Of a DNA stretch of 64,000 nt, positions 19,958 to 29,079 are shown piece by piece. Made by a program: the position numbers and the translations under genes. Numbering within the stretch: the first letter of the stretch is position 1; every line of letters begins with the position of its first letter. Under the pieces are notes generated by a model. The model searched no databases, had not been told where the DNA came from, and saw only the letters and a program-made list of their open reading frames with translations. The stretch is from Candidatus Moraniibacteriota bacterium (GTDB taxonomy: Bacteria > Patescibacteriota > Minisyncoccia > Moranbacterales > UBA1568): contig CP064975.1 of assembly GCA_016699425.1 (NCBI GenBank), forward strand, positions 526,098-590,097, given 5' to 3'.

Positions 19958-20209
19958 CTACAAACCCCAGGTTGCCTTGCCGCCATATGCATCAATCGAA
20001 TCCGCGAGGAGCTGTGGCAAGAGACCGTAGAAATGAGTAAGCTCCATCACCTCACTCGGGATGCCCTCGGGTGTGACCATGGACACAAAAACAGTTTCAT
20101 CGGTCTCGGTATCCGGTGTCAGCGAGACAATTACCCGAATCCCATTTTCGGGTATGCGCCAAACCTGCCCAATTCTGATCGCCCTTGTGATTCCTTCCTC
20201 GTCTACCAT
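19958..20209 (-). CDS. Small hypothetical protein (83 aa)
   Basis: Internal start MVDEEG, preceded by AGAGGAGGA 7 nt upstream. The tracked ORF extends to 20362 with an implausible Cys/Arg-rich N-terminus. Confidence 0.45.
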   Translation of the reverse strand: MVDEEGITRAIRIGQVWRIPENGIRVIVSLTPDTETDETVFVSMVTPEGIPSEVMELTHFYGLLPQLLADSIDAYGGKATWGL

Positions 20210-20572
20210 CTGAGTCCTCCTCTGGTTGTGAGTCCGATAGTGTCGCCATGATCGGACAAATGGAAAATAACTATTCCGAACAGCGTAGCGCATGTCCAAC
20301 GCTTTAGCAAGAGTCAGACATGCCTCGCCCGTCAAACAACAGCGGGGTTGCACAGGGACCATGACCCCTCGCCAACTCTCCTAAGAGCCTCTCCCCATAG
20401 GTGCTTACCTACTGCGACCAGTCAGCTTCGGTCCCCAGCCCTTCAACCCTCGTCTCCCTATCATTGGATAGGCATCCTCGGGTTTCACGTCTGGTGACTC
20501 GAAGCTTACCGGCCTCGTGACGGAGACCCTATTGGGAATAGGCTCTAAGCTGATTCAGAACCTGTCGCACGG

Positions 20573-21337
20573 TCAACTCCCAGCGATCGTATCGCGCTCT
20601 CGGCAGTAGCGCTCGATCAGGGCCAATTGCTCCGGCGTATTGATCCCGAGTCCTTCGATCGGATCCTCGATCGTATAGACGGCGACCGTATGACCATCGT
20701 CACGAGCGAACTGGATCATATCAGTGAGATACAATTCATGCGCCGCATTATTATCATTTAACCGGTCGAGCGCGTCCCAGAGCCACGCAGCATCAAAACA
20801 ATAGTAGCTCGTATTCACTTCACGGATGGCGCGTTCGACCTCGGTCGCGTCCTTGTACTCGACGATACGGTCCACGGCCCCATCCGCACCGCGCACGATA
20901 CGACCGAAATGTGCGAACTGAGCATTGTCTCCGTCAAAGTCCGGGACGACCACACTCGCGAGCACGACCGTGGCGCCCGTTTCGGCGAGAGTCGAGAGCA
21001 TCCGTTCAAACGTCGCGGTCGAGATAAGCGGATGATCGCCTGGCGTCACGAGGACGCGCGTCACCCCCAATGTCTGCAGTGCCTCGCGGGCGCACCGGAC
21101 AGCGTGACCCGTCCCAAGTTGCTCGGCCTGGTGGACATAGCTAACCCGATCTCCGAGGGCGGCCATCACCTGCTCCCGGCCGTGACCAACGACGACCACC
21201 GGCTTCTCAACCAATGACCGCGTATTGCGCAGAATTTGCTCGATGATGGGTACTCCCTGCACCGGATGCAGCACCTTGGGGAGATCCGACCCCATCCGGG
21301 TTCCTTTGCCCGCCGCGAGTATGACGATTTGATTCAT
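20573..21337 (-). CDS. glmU: UDP-N-acetylglucosamine pyrophosphorylase (GlmU N-terminal uridyltransferase domain only; no left-handed beta-helix acetyltransferase domain)
   Basis: ILAAGKGTRMGSDLPKVLH, AEQLGTGHA, VEYKDATE and YLTD motifs are colinear with the E. coli GlmU N-domain. The ORF ends at the inter-domain linker. Confidence 0.8.
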   Translation of the reverse strand: MNQIVILAAGKGTRMGSDLPKVLHPVQGVPIIEQILRNTRSLVEKPVVVVGHGREQVMAALGDRVSYVHQAEQLGTGHAVRCAREALQTLGVTRVLVTPGDHPLISTATFERMLSTLAETGATVVLASVVVPDFDGDNAQFAHFGRIVRGADGAVDRIVEYKDATEVERAIREVNTSYYCFDAAWLWDALDRLNDNNAAHELYLTDMIQFARDDGHTVAVYTIEDPIEGLGINTPEQLALIERYCRERDTIAGS

Positions 21338-21339
21338 AG
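21285..21339. repeat. 55-bp perfect direct repeat (copy A) containing the glmU start codon and first 17 codons
   Basis: Identical to 22881..22935. Similarity continues in diverged form for ~25 bp more. Confidence 0.85.
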
Positions 21340-21439
21340 GTCTAGGGACGATCCTCCACTTTGATAACGAGTAAATACCCGAGTGCTCTCGTGAAACCAA
21401 TTTCTGCCCATCATACTGCCAATCCCCTGTAGGGTAAGA

Positions 21440-22153
21440 CTATCTATCAACACGAGACGAAACCGCTCGAGCTCGGAGGAGAAATACGGTTTCCGCTTTG
21501 AGCTGATTTTTCACAAATGCTTTTTGCTGCTCATCAATCAGCTCGCCCAGACCCGCGAGCAGTGCGGTCTCTGGGATACGCTCGATGAAACTGGCACACG
21601 TTTCAAGATACTCCGGGACTGAAACGATAGCGTATGCCTTGAGTACCGCAGCATCGATATCCCACCCCTGCTTCAGAAAAAAATATACATCAAACAGATC
21701 ACGAGCAGCAAATTTTTTCCGCTGTATCAGCGCTACAAGTTTCGCCGAGAGCATCGAAGTCTTCGTCATCACGAGCGCCGCTATCCCCAGATAACTTTTC
21801 ATCTCATAGGTCGCACCGATGTTCCGCGTGTTGATTTCCACCTTGATCTGATGCTCCCCTGTACTGTATGAAAGAGCGAAGAAGATGGTGGCGAACTTCT
21901 GCTGTTCGTCTTTGATCTCACCGTAGCGCTCGAGAATCTGGCGAATCTTTCGAAAAATCAGCTCCCGGTTTTCGTTCGAATCATCAAGCAGATCAAAATC
22001 AAGATCCACCGAGAAACGAGGCAGCTCATAGAAGAGGAGAGCGGCGGTACCACCTTTGAATCCCAAAAAGGACGAAATAGACACATCAGAATAAATGTCT
22101 TTTAAGATCTGCGTCATGATAAGCTTATGCTTGGCACTATCGAGGGTGGGCAT
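21440..22153 (-). CDS. AbiEii-type nucleotidyltransferase toxin (DUF1814-like), type IV TA system
   Basis: FLGFKGGTAALLFYELPRFSVDLDFDL…DLFDVYFF. Paralogous (~45% identity) to 29848..30543. The start is approximate. Confidence 0.7.
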   Translation of the reverse strand: MPTLDSAKHKLIMTQILKDIYSDVSISSFLGFKGGTAALLFYELPRFSVDLDFDLLDDSNENRELIFRKIRQILERYGEIKDEQQKFATIFFALSYSTGEHQIKVEINTRNIGATYEMKSYLGIAALVMTKTSMLSAKLVALIQRKKFAARDLFDVYFFLKQGWDIDAAVLKAYAIVSVPEYLETCASFIERIPETALLAGLGELIDEQQKAFVKNQLKAETVFLLRARAVSSRVDR

Positions 22154-22715
22154 ACTCTTGCATATATCTCTCCAAAACCTTTTCAAGTCTCTTACTCTTG
22201 TAGAGCGGTACGATCGTCTGACAACGTTTCCAGTCTATCCCACGGAGATTGTCGAAATAGTAATCCGGAAACAGATAGAGCCGATCGAGAAACGCCCGTT
22301 CCGGGATCGCCTCAGAGAAATATCCCCGATCCACTATCCCTGCCGGATTACCGAGAATGTCATCTCGCAGTTTTCGGTAGACGATTTTCTGACCAGCGAC
22401 CACGATCTCGCGAGAGAGATAGCTCGCAATAAAAATGGAATCATAGTACTGGAAGGTGACACCCGCACGAGCCAGGACGGTCTCGAAACTCACGTATGCC
22501 GGGGTGGAGATGCGCACCGCCAGTTCGCACCGATCGTATGTTGCATCCTTTGCAAAGACCCCTCGACGCAAACGGATGAGCTTCCCCGTCCTGACATAGT
22601 ACGCGAGCTTGGATTTGAGACTGTCCATCGACTTGGTACCACTGAGAAGAGCGATCTCTCGACTCGTGAAGACCGTTTGTTTGGACCCATAGAGAGCGAC
22701 GAGAAACCCGTCCAT
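22137..22715 (-). CDS. AbiEi-type antitoxin/transcriptional regulator
   Basis: N-terminal wHTH with TSREIALL…GKLIRLRRGVFA (the G.L.R…RGVY signature). It lies immediately upstream of and overlapping the AbiEii gene. Confidence 0.7.
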   Translation of the reverse strand: MDGFLVALYGSKQTVFTSREIALLSGTKSMDSLKSKLAYYVRTGKLIRLRRGVFAKDATYDRCELAVRISTPAYVSFETVLARAGVTFQYYDSIFIASYLSREIVVAGQKIVYRKLRDDILGNPAGIVDRGYFSEAIPERAFLDRLYLFPDYYFDNLRGIDWKRCQTIVPLYKSKRLEKVLERYMQEYAHPR

Positions 22716-22880
22716 AAGTATATAGCCTATAGGTAATAATTTTTCTTACCTTCAGTTTACTATAAACCTAGACATTGTCAAGCCCTCCCCACCGTCAAGC
22801 TACTCCCGCAGTACATACCAGCAATCACCACTCGCCAATACCCAAGCGTTCCCTTTCCCCGCCTCAGAACCTTGGGCGTC

Positions 22881-22935
22881 TCCGACCCCATCCGGGTTCC
22901 TTTGCCCGCCGCGAGTATGACGATTTGATTCATAG
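22881..22935. repeat. 55-bp perfect direct repeat (copy B): remnant duplicate of the glmU 5' end
   Basis: Encodes MNQIVILAAGKGTRMGS, then diverges (SETPKVLRRG versus SDLPKVLHPV) and stops. It is a decaying displaced copy. Confidence 0.8.
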
Positions 22936-23036
22936 ATTCAGCCGTTTCCGCTCAGTCAATCCTCGCTCAGTCCTCTCCCACAATACCGAAATCCTCCGCC
23001 GAACACAAACCCGTGTGGGTCCGGCGGAGGTTGGGG

Positions 23037-23921
23037 TTATTCTGTCGGGGTGGGCGCAGGTGGCGTAGTGACTGCATCAGGGGCCACCCCAGAACCCTGG
23101 GCTTCAGGCGATATCGGCGCTCCTTCGCTCGGTGTGGACGCTATGTTTGGGACTTCCGGCACGGTGACTGGATCGGTCGGAGGCGGAATCACGACGGCAG
23201 CGTCCGATGGTGTCGAGGGTATCTCGGGAGCTATTTCAGGAGCGATCTCAGGGATTGCCTCCGGCAGCAGCGGGACCGCAGTGTCTGATCCCCCGGTGAT
23301 CGCGTCTATTTCCGGTGCTTGTATCGGTGCCGCAGCACCAGTCGACACGAGGGTCAAATCCGAAAATATGTCCGCATCATTCCAACCGATTCCGGGCGCG
23401 GGATAGGGCGCCTGCCACGCGGTGAAAGGAAAGTGAAGTGAACAGGACAGTCCAGCTGCGAGCACTGTGTCCGTCGGCAGTGAAACGATGAAGAGCCACG
23501 GTTCAGTCTCCCCCGCCGAGAGCAAACTTCCATCCACGAAGCCGAATCCGGCGACATTCCCTGCATACTTGGTCGAGCCATCTCGGAGGGCTGACAGCTG
23601 CAGCGCATCACAAAGCGCTGCATCCCCAGTCGCAGAGACCGTCGAACGATACAGAAGGGCACTCGTCCCCTGATTCTTCACCAGACCACCAAAATTGACA
23701 CTCCCGCCAGACGGAAGCGCCGTGTCACCGGTCGGATTGGTCAGTGTGTCTTCGGTCGCCAGATCGATACTCCCCCCATGCAGGGTATTCCCCCCTGACT
23801 TGGCTTCACTGGTGAAGACTGACCAGGTATCATGCGTCACCACCACGGTGAACGCGAGACCGAGGAGCACAAACGCTCCCAGACGGATTCCTTTCTTGAT
23901 GCTTGGTTTTCGGGCTTCCAT
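23037..23921 (-). CDS. Secreted protein with a SipW-cognate-type signal peptide and a Pro/Ala/Thr-rich C-terminal tail (TapA-position gene of the locus)
   Basis: N-terminus KKGIRLGAFVLLGLAFTVVVTHDTWSVFTSEAKSGGNTLHGGSIDL. C-terminal PEIAPEIAPEIPSTPSD…TPPAPTPTE repeats. Confidence 0.65.
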   Translation of the reverse strand: MEARKPSIKKGIRLGAFVLLGLAFTVVVTHDTWSVFTSEAKSGGNTLHGGSIDLATEDTLTNPTGDTALPSGGSVNFGGLVKNQGTSALLYRSTVSATGDAALCDALQLSALRDGSTKYAGNVAGFGFVDGSLLSAGETEPWLFIVSLPTDTVLAAGLSCSLHFPFTAWQAPYPAPGIGWNDADIFSDLTLVSTGAAAPIQAPEIDAITGGSDTAVPLLPEAIPEIAPEIAPEIPSTPSDAAVVIPPPTDPVTVPEVPNIASTPSEGAPISPEAQGSGVAPDAVTTPPAPTPTE

Positions 23922-23935
23922 ACGCTCCTTGTAGA

Positions 23936-24591
23936 CTAGACAATTTTCCGCCTCCGAACCGGCACCGGTGGTGGTGTGAATACCGGTCGGGATGGTTGCG
24001 GGCGAGCATTGGTACGCGGATCCGAAAAGGTCAAACGACGCGTCATGACTTTTTCTTCGACGTTCACTTCTGAATGCTCGACAGATTTCTTCCGCGCGAG
24101 CCGCCGGACCTCTTGGACGATCGACCAGGCCTCGCTGAGGATGATCAGGACCGCGGGCAAGACAATGAGCCAGATGAAACCGGACTTGGTCTGCGCATAC
24201 GCGACTGGATAGCCGAGGTAAGGAATCGCGAAGTAAGTCTTGCCGACGATTTCTCGCGGTGTCACGGTCGTCGGATCCGACTCCTCATTAGCATCCCCCT
24301 TCGTCTGATACCGTAGTCCGGCCTCGGTGACCCGTTTGTCGACGATGCGGTGCGTGACGGACTGCTTGTCACTGGTCGCCACCGTCACGATGTCCCCACG
24401 CCATAGTCACTCGCCGCTCGAACCAGGATGAGGCTTCCCGTATGCAGCGTCGGTTCCATCGAACCCGAACGGACGACGAAGAGCTTCAGCATGTTCGGCA
24501 AGGGCAAGAAGGACGAAGCCATCACCAGGACGAAGACGATGACGACTCCCGCCATGACTCCCTGGAGGATGGTACCGAGTCGCTTCAGCAT
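23936..24591 (-). pseudogene. SipW-like type I signal peptidase (S26, archaeal/ER-type), split by a 1-nt frameshift at a G4 run
   Basis: Upstream ORF 24385..24591 carries SGSMEPT and ends …SDYGVGTS*. The next frame continues (G)DIVTV…VTHRIV…TKGDANEESD, the box C-E motifs. The shift is at + strand CCCC 24394-24397. Confidence 0.7.
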
Positions 24592-24606
24592 AGTGGACGG
24601 TGGAGA

Positions 24607-26064
24607 TTAGGGCGCGAACGGTGTCGGATTATTGCGAATCTGTTCGACTTCGAACGAGACGTCCGCCTTGAAGACATCCGTCTGCGCTTCATTGCCGGTA
24701 TCGACGGGCAGATCCCAACCAATACCGAAGTAGTACGTCGTCGAGCCGACCAGACGACCATCGGCGGCCAGCCCATTGCAGAGTCCGTAATTGGTGTGGC
24801 CATCAAGGACTGTACAGCTATGTGCACTGTATGCGGCTGCCAATCCCTGCCAGATATTGTGCGTTTCACTCGGCGTATTGATCTCTCCGGGTGTGACGAG
24901 CACCGGTTCGCCCTCCTGCTGGATATTGTCACCTTCGTCGACGTCGATGCCTTTGCCCTGGAAGCCAGGTGTCGCACCTTCATCCAACCAGATGAAAAAA
25001 TTCAGATTCGAGCGCAAATCCCCGAGACCGAGTCCAGGTACTTGGCAGACACCGGGGCCTTCGGCGACTATTTCGGAACTGGTGCAAGTATTGTCATCAT
25101 CCGCCGTCACCGTGACATTCATCCGGCCCCAAGCATCATTGTCATAAACATGGAGAGAAACCGTGTCTTCACCCACGTCTCCGGGCTTCACATCGGCAAA
25201 GTTGAAGAACTTGTGCGTCGGACCGAGGTCGGTAAGCGTCCAGGTACCATCACATGGCGTCCCGATCAGGTCACCACTGGCAGTCGCCGGACATGCGAGC
25301 TCGTGCACGTCGACCGCATCGAGGAAAGTCCCGAGCGAATTTTCTGTGCCGAGATCCGCGAATGAGATCTCAGTCGTGGCACCGGTCGCAAAGAAATCAT
25401 ACGTGTGTGGCGTCCAGGCGATTGCTCCCCCGCCCGCCGTGGACACTGTATCGAGCAGTACACCATTGGCCTTCACCTCTAGAACATTTTCACTCGCGGC
25501 CGTATTCGGTCGCGGTGAGTACTGGAATGAGAGCCGATACTTCTTGCCCGCAACCGTCGGGATAGACTGCTTGATGCGGATCGAGGCGGGTTCCCCGGTC
25601 TGCGGATCGCTCGGTCCTCCCCAGTCGCTATCGAGCTCCGTATACTGGTCTCCTTCAGCAGCAGCTCCGAGCACACCCTCATGGTATTCGATTTTGGCGA
25701 GCGCAGGTCGCCCACCACCGGATGTCACCCACTGTACATCCCAGGCCAAGCCGCCCGTACTATTGTCGAAGATCTGCCATTGATTCGGGTCCGTCACTTC
25801 GGGATTCTCGAACCCACCATTCGTAATCAGATTGCCACCTGTCGGCGTGCAGGTGCCCGGCAGCTGCCAGGTATTGCCATTTTCCCCCGGCGTACAGACG
25901 AGCCCATTGTAATGCGCTTCGCTGTCCACCTTCAGATCCAGCGCACCGGCGGTGAAGGTGTTGCCGACCGAGGTCTCGGTATCCGAGAAGAACGAATACG
26001 TCCCGCCCGCGACCGCCGCCACGGCGACGAGGATGATGAATGAACTTTTCGCGACTTTCCACAT
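24607..26064 (-). CDS. TasA/camelysin-like secreted protein with SipW-cognate signal peptide (paralog 1, 485 aa)
   Basis: MWKVAKSSFIILVAVAAVAGGTYSFFSDTETSVGNTFTAGALDLKVD. Shared motifs FFNFADVKPGDVGEDTVSLHV and DVSFEVEQIRNN. Confidence 0.75.
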   Translation of the reverse strand: MWKVAKSSFIILVAVAAVAGGTYSFFSDTETSVGNTFTAGALDLKVDSEAHYNGLVCTPGENGNTWQLPGTCTPTGGNLITNGGFENPEVTDPNQWQIFDNSTGGLAWDVQWVTSGGGRPALAKIEYHEGVLGAAAEGDQYTELDSDWGGPSDPQTGEPASIRIKQSIPTVAGKKYRLSFQYSPRPNTAASENVLEVKANGVLLDTVSTAGGGAIAWTPHTYDFFATGATTEISFADLGTENSLGTFLDAVDVHELACPATASGDLIGTPCDGTWTLTDLGPTHKFFNFADVKPGDVGEDTVSLHVYDNDAWGRMNVTVTADDDNTCTSSEIVAEGPGVCQVPGLGLGDLRSNLNFFIWLDEGATPGFQGKGIDVDEGDNIQQEGEPVLVTPGEINTPSETHNIWQGLAAAYSAHSCTVLDGHTNYGLCNGLAADGRLVGSTTYYFGIGWDLPVDTGNEAQTDVFKADVSFEVEQIRNNPTPFAP

Positions 26065-26131
26065 ACTCTTTCTTTACGGATTATTCTTTCTGTTGGAGAG
26101 GAGCCTTTGCTCCGATGCTTGGACTGGAGGG

Positions 26132-27457
26132 TTACGGCGTGACACCGGTCACACTGATATTGTCGATATAGGCATGATTGGAAGCGTTTTGTCCGGCCAT
26201 GGTGAAGCGGAACATCACGCTCGCCTTGTTGTCAGCCGCAGGCGAGAGGGAGAAGGTCTTGGTCGTCCAGGGGGTTTCGCCAGTAATGAACTCGAGGGTC
26301 GTCCAGGAACTCCCGCCATCGACTGAATATTCCACCTTCAACGTTTGCGGATCGACTGGCCCAGAGACATCATCCGTCTTGCGATCGTATTTCAGAGTGA
26401 TGTCGTGGTAGCCGAGCGTGCTGAAGCTCGGGGTCGTGAGATCCTCGTTGTGATTGTTCGCGTTGCTGCTGCCGTCGAGGTCGGCATTCTTGGTACACGC
26501 CTCGACTGAGTCGCTCTGACCACCCCGATGCTTCCACTTCTTGCGCCAGCAAGTGTTGTATCCCTGATCGCCCGGCTTGGAGCAGTCGCTGAAATCTTCG
26601 GCAAAGAGGGTCGAAGTCGTCGGCGGCGCAGGCGGTTCTTCGGTACTCCCACCACACTGGAAGGAATTGTTGCGCGCCTGCGCCACACTGAAGGAAACAT
26701 CCGCGGTGATTCCATCGCTCTGCACGATGTTTCCGACCGCCGCGCCATCACAGGCGAAGCCCGTCCCACGCACGAGCGGCCCATTGGTACTCCCTGCCAG
26801 TTTGCCTTTGCCATCCTGCGCTTTCGGTGTCGCCGCCAAGGTGCCGAAACACCAGGCCTTGCCGATATACTTGGTCACTTCCGGCACCAAAGGACCCGAT
26901 CCGCCCCAGATATTGTGACTGGCATCCGCGATCGGCCAATTGCTCCCATCAAAGATATCCTTCACCAGGCCTTGTTTGAAAATCGATTCGCCTGTCTCAT
27001 ACACATTGTCCCCATCGTCCGCCCAGAAAGAGAAGTACAAATGGTTCTGCAGTTCGCCATCATTCGTTCCAGTCGTCGGATCGACGGCGACTTCCGGCTC
27101 AGGCTGGCCGTTCTCGGGCGTCCCGGTCAAGTTGACCGCCATGCAGGTCCAGGCTTTGTTGTTCTTCACATGGAGCGATATAGTGTCTTCGCCGATGTCC
27201 CCTGGTTTCACGTCTAAAAAGTTGAAGAACAGTTTGCCCGCGAGCTTGCCCAATTGCCACGAGGTCGCCGGGCTGGCCACCAATTTCCCATCGTCATCGG
27301 TGACATAGGACTCATTGTCCACCTTCAGCTCGATCACACCCGAGGCGAACGTATTGCCCACCGACGATTCCTGATCGACGAAGAAAGAATATGTCCCGGC
27401 ACCGGCAGCCGCTGCTACCACGAGTACTGTGAAGAGTCCTTTGGTTATCTTCCACAT
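26132..27457 (-). CDS. TasA/camelysin-like secreted protein with SipW-cognate signal peptide (paralog 2, 441 aa)
   Basis: MWKITKGLFTVLVVAAAAGAGTYSFFVDQESSVGNTFASGVIELKVD. LFFNFLDVKPGDIGEDTISLHV. DVSFSVAQARNN. Confidence 0.75.
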   Translation of the reverse strand: MWKITKGLFTVLVVAAAAGAGTYSFFVDQESSVGNTFASGVIELKVDNESYVTDDDGKLVASPATSWQLGKLAGKLFFNFLDVKPGDIGEDTISLHVKNNKAWTCMAVNLTGTPENGQPEPEVAVDPTTGTNDGELQNHLYFSFWADDGDNVYETGESIFKQGLVKDIFDGSNWPIADASHNIWGGSGPLVPEVTKYIGKAWCFGTLAATPKAQDGKGKLAGSTNGPLVRGTGFACDGAAVGNIVQSDGITADVSFSVAQARNNSFQCGGSTEEPPAPPTTSTLFAEDFSDCSKPGDQGYNTCWRKKWKHRGGQSDSVEACTKNADLDGSSNANNHNEDLTTPSFSTLGYHDITLKYDRKTDDVSGPVDPQTLKVEYSVDGGSSWTTLEFITGETPWTTKTFSLSPAADNKASVMFRFTMAGQNASNHAYIDNISVTGVTP

Positions 27458-27537
27458 ATACGGCGACGTTATAAGTTATCGTGTTTTCCCTCCCTCGCAC
27501 CACCCAATTGGTGATGCGAAGTGAGGAAATCACGAGA

Positions 27538-29079
27538 CTAGTTCTCGAAGTCAGTTACTTCGCCGTCAAATTCAATCCAATCGACGAAACTGGTCTCACC
27601 AATCGGTCCAGGATGTCCGACGCGGACACCAAAGAATGAGTCAGTCGAGCGCGTTTCGGCATTTGGATAGTTGGCCAATACATCAGCCCACGTACGCGAA
27701 GTAGTACCAGGAGTTGTTCCGGTAATATCCACCAAACCCACTGGCCAGGTCGGACCAGAGTAGGTCCAATTACCCGCCAAGGCGTCTACCGTCGTCCAGG
27801 TATTCACAGCCACGCCGGTCGGCACCTGCACCAAGCGACGCTGCCACGTATCGCTGTTATTGAAGTCAACATTGAAGTGGAGGTAAGGCGTCTGTGAAGA
27901 AGCCGAGGCATCATAGATCCGATACTTCAAAGATCCGATGTCCGACAGTTTCACGTCCTTGTACTTGTAGGTCGCGATGTTGTAGCGGGGATTGCCGATG
28001 TTAGTTCCGATGTAGAGCGGATCGGTGCCGTTATCGAGCACAAAGCGTGCTGCACCAACAGTATCCGGACCAGCGACAATTTCATTTGCACCACCAGTAC
28101 CTGCAAACTGGTTTGTGGTCATGATGAACGCTGCGTCATTCGAATCATTGTGAAAGAGCCAGCTGTTCGGAGCGGCGATGAGCTCCGGAAGGCTCTCGGC
28201 CAAGTCGCCCTGGCGCACGACACGTGAACAGGAGAAATTCGGATTATTGCGCGCCTGCTCCACTCGGAAGGCAACATTCGCCACAAGCGAGTCTGTCTGA
28301 GCGACATTGCCCATGGTCGAGCCATCACAAGTAATGACACCAGCTGCAGCCGTCATATTGCCTGCACACCAGGCGAGACCAATATAGCTCGTACTGCCAC
28401 CAGCGAGTGCGCCAGTCCCAGCATCTGCCAGCCGATATGTCCGGCCGCCGAGCACATCGCTCGCAGAACCGACACCATTCGAGAAGAGCGGCAACTCATT
28501 GGCTTGCCAAATATTGTCTCCCTCAGCAGTATCAACATTTGACCCCTGAAGACCCGGCGTCGTACCCGTGTCTGCCCATGCGAAGAAGTTCAGGTTCTGC
28601 GCGAGCTCGCCATCGAAGTTATTGCCCGCGTTCTCGACCGCGTCCCCGGCGTCCGTCTCCGGATCAACTGTACTGACATCATCATTCTTCGTGATATCGA
28701 TATCCACACACGCGAAGGCATCATTGGAATCGACATGAAGCGAGATGGTATCCTCACCACTATCTCCCGGTTTCACATCAGCAAAGTTGAAAAACTTTTG
28801 TGCACCGAGGTTGGTCGCTGCCCATGTACCGTCACACGCACTCCCGATAACCGGGTACTGAGGGACAGTAGCTGTTGCGCTTGGTTCAAGCTGCCACAAG
28901 CCCGCAACACAGACGGCATTGTTATAGTGCTGCTGACTATCGACGGTTAGGTCAATCGCGCCGGCGGTGAAGGTATTGCCGGTCGATGTCTCGGTATCCG
29001 AAAAGAACGAGTAGGTCGCACCACCCACGGCGACGGCCACCGCGAGCGCCACGAGGCCACTCTTCCAAATCTTTTGCAT
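27538..29079 (-). CDS. TasA/camelysin-like secreted protein with SipW-cognate signal peptide (paralog 3, 513 aa)
   Basis: Start set at MQKIWKSGLVALAVAVAVGGATYSFFSDTETSTGNTFTAGAIDL. KFFNFADVKPGDSGEDTISLHV. NVAFRVEQARNNP. The tracked ORF extends to 29196. Confidence 0.75.
   Translation of the reverse strand: MQKIWKSGLVALAVAVAVGGATYSFFSDTETSTGNTFTAGAIDLTVDSQQHYNNAVCVAGLWQLEPSATATVPQYPVIGSACDGTWAATNLGAQKFFNFADVKPGDSGEDTISLHVDSNDAFACVDIDITKNDDVSTVDPETDAGDAVENAGNNFDGELAQNLNFFAWADTGTTPGLQGSNVDTAEGDNIWQANELPLFSNGVGSASDVLGGRTYRLADAGTGALAGGSTSYIGLAWCAGNMTAAAGVITCDGSTMGNVAQTDSLVANVAFRVEQARNNPNFSCSRVVRQGDLAESLPELIAAPNSWLFHNDSNDAAFIMTTNQFAGTGGANEIVAGPDTVGAARFVLDNGTDPLYIGTNIGNPRYNIATYKYKDVKLSDIGSLKYRIYDASASSQTPYLHFNVDFNNSDTWQRRLVQVPTGVAVNTWTTVDALAGNWTYSGPTWPVGLVDITGTTPGTTSRTWADVLANYPNAETRSTDSFFGVRVGHPGPIGETSFVDWIEFDGEVTDFEN

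Noticed and set aside
20363-20572. Possible structured RNA (RNase P/SRP/tmRNA) in the 210-bp gap downstream of glmU
   Set aside because: None of the conserved motifs of these RNAs (AGGAAAGTCCGGGCTCC, GGAA/GNRA domain IV, tRNA-like 3' end) could be found on either strand.
22775-23068. 97-aa plus-strand ORF after the first TA cassette
   Set aside because: The region is the decayed duplicate of the glmU 5' end plus intergenic DNA. The ORF has no coding signal.
24442-25365. 307-aa plus-strand ORF and similar antisense ORFs (4704..5480, 18950..19630, 43330..44538, 26528..27217)
   Set aside because: They are antisense to strongly supported genes (the TasA-like, DUF2339-like, HPF and GT4 genes). 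They lack RBS and GC3 bias in the appropriate frame.
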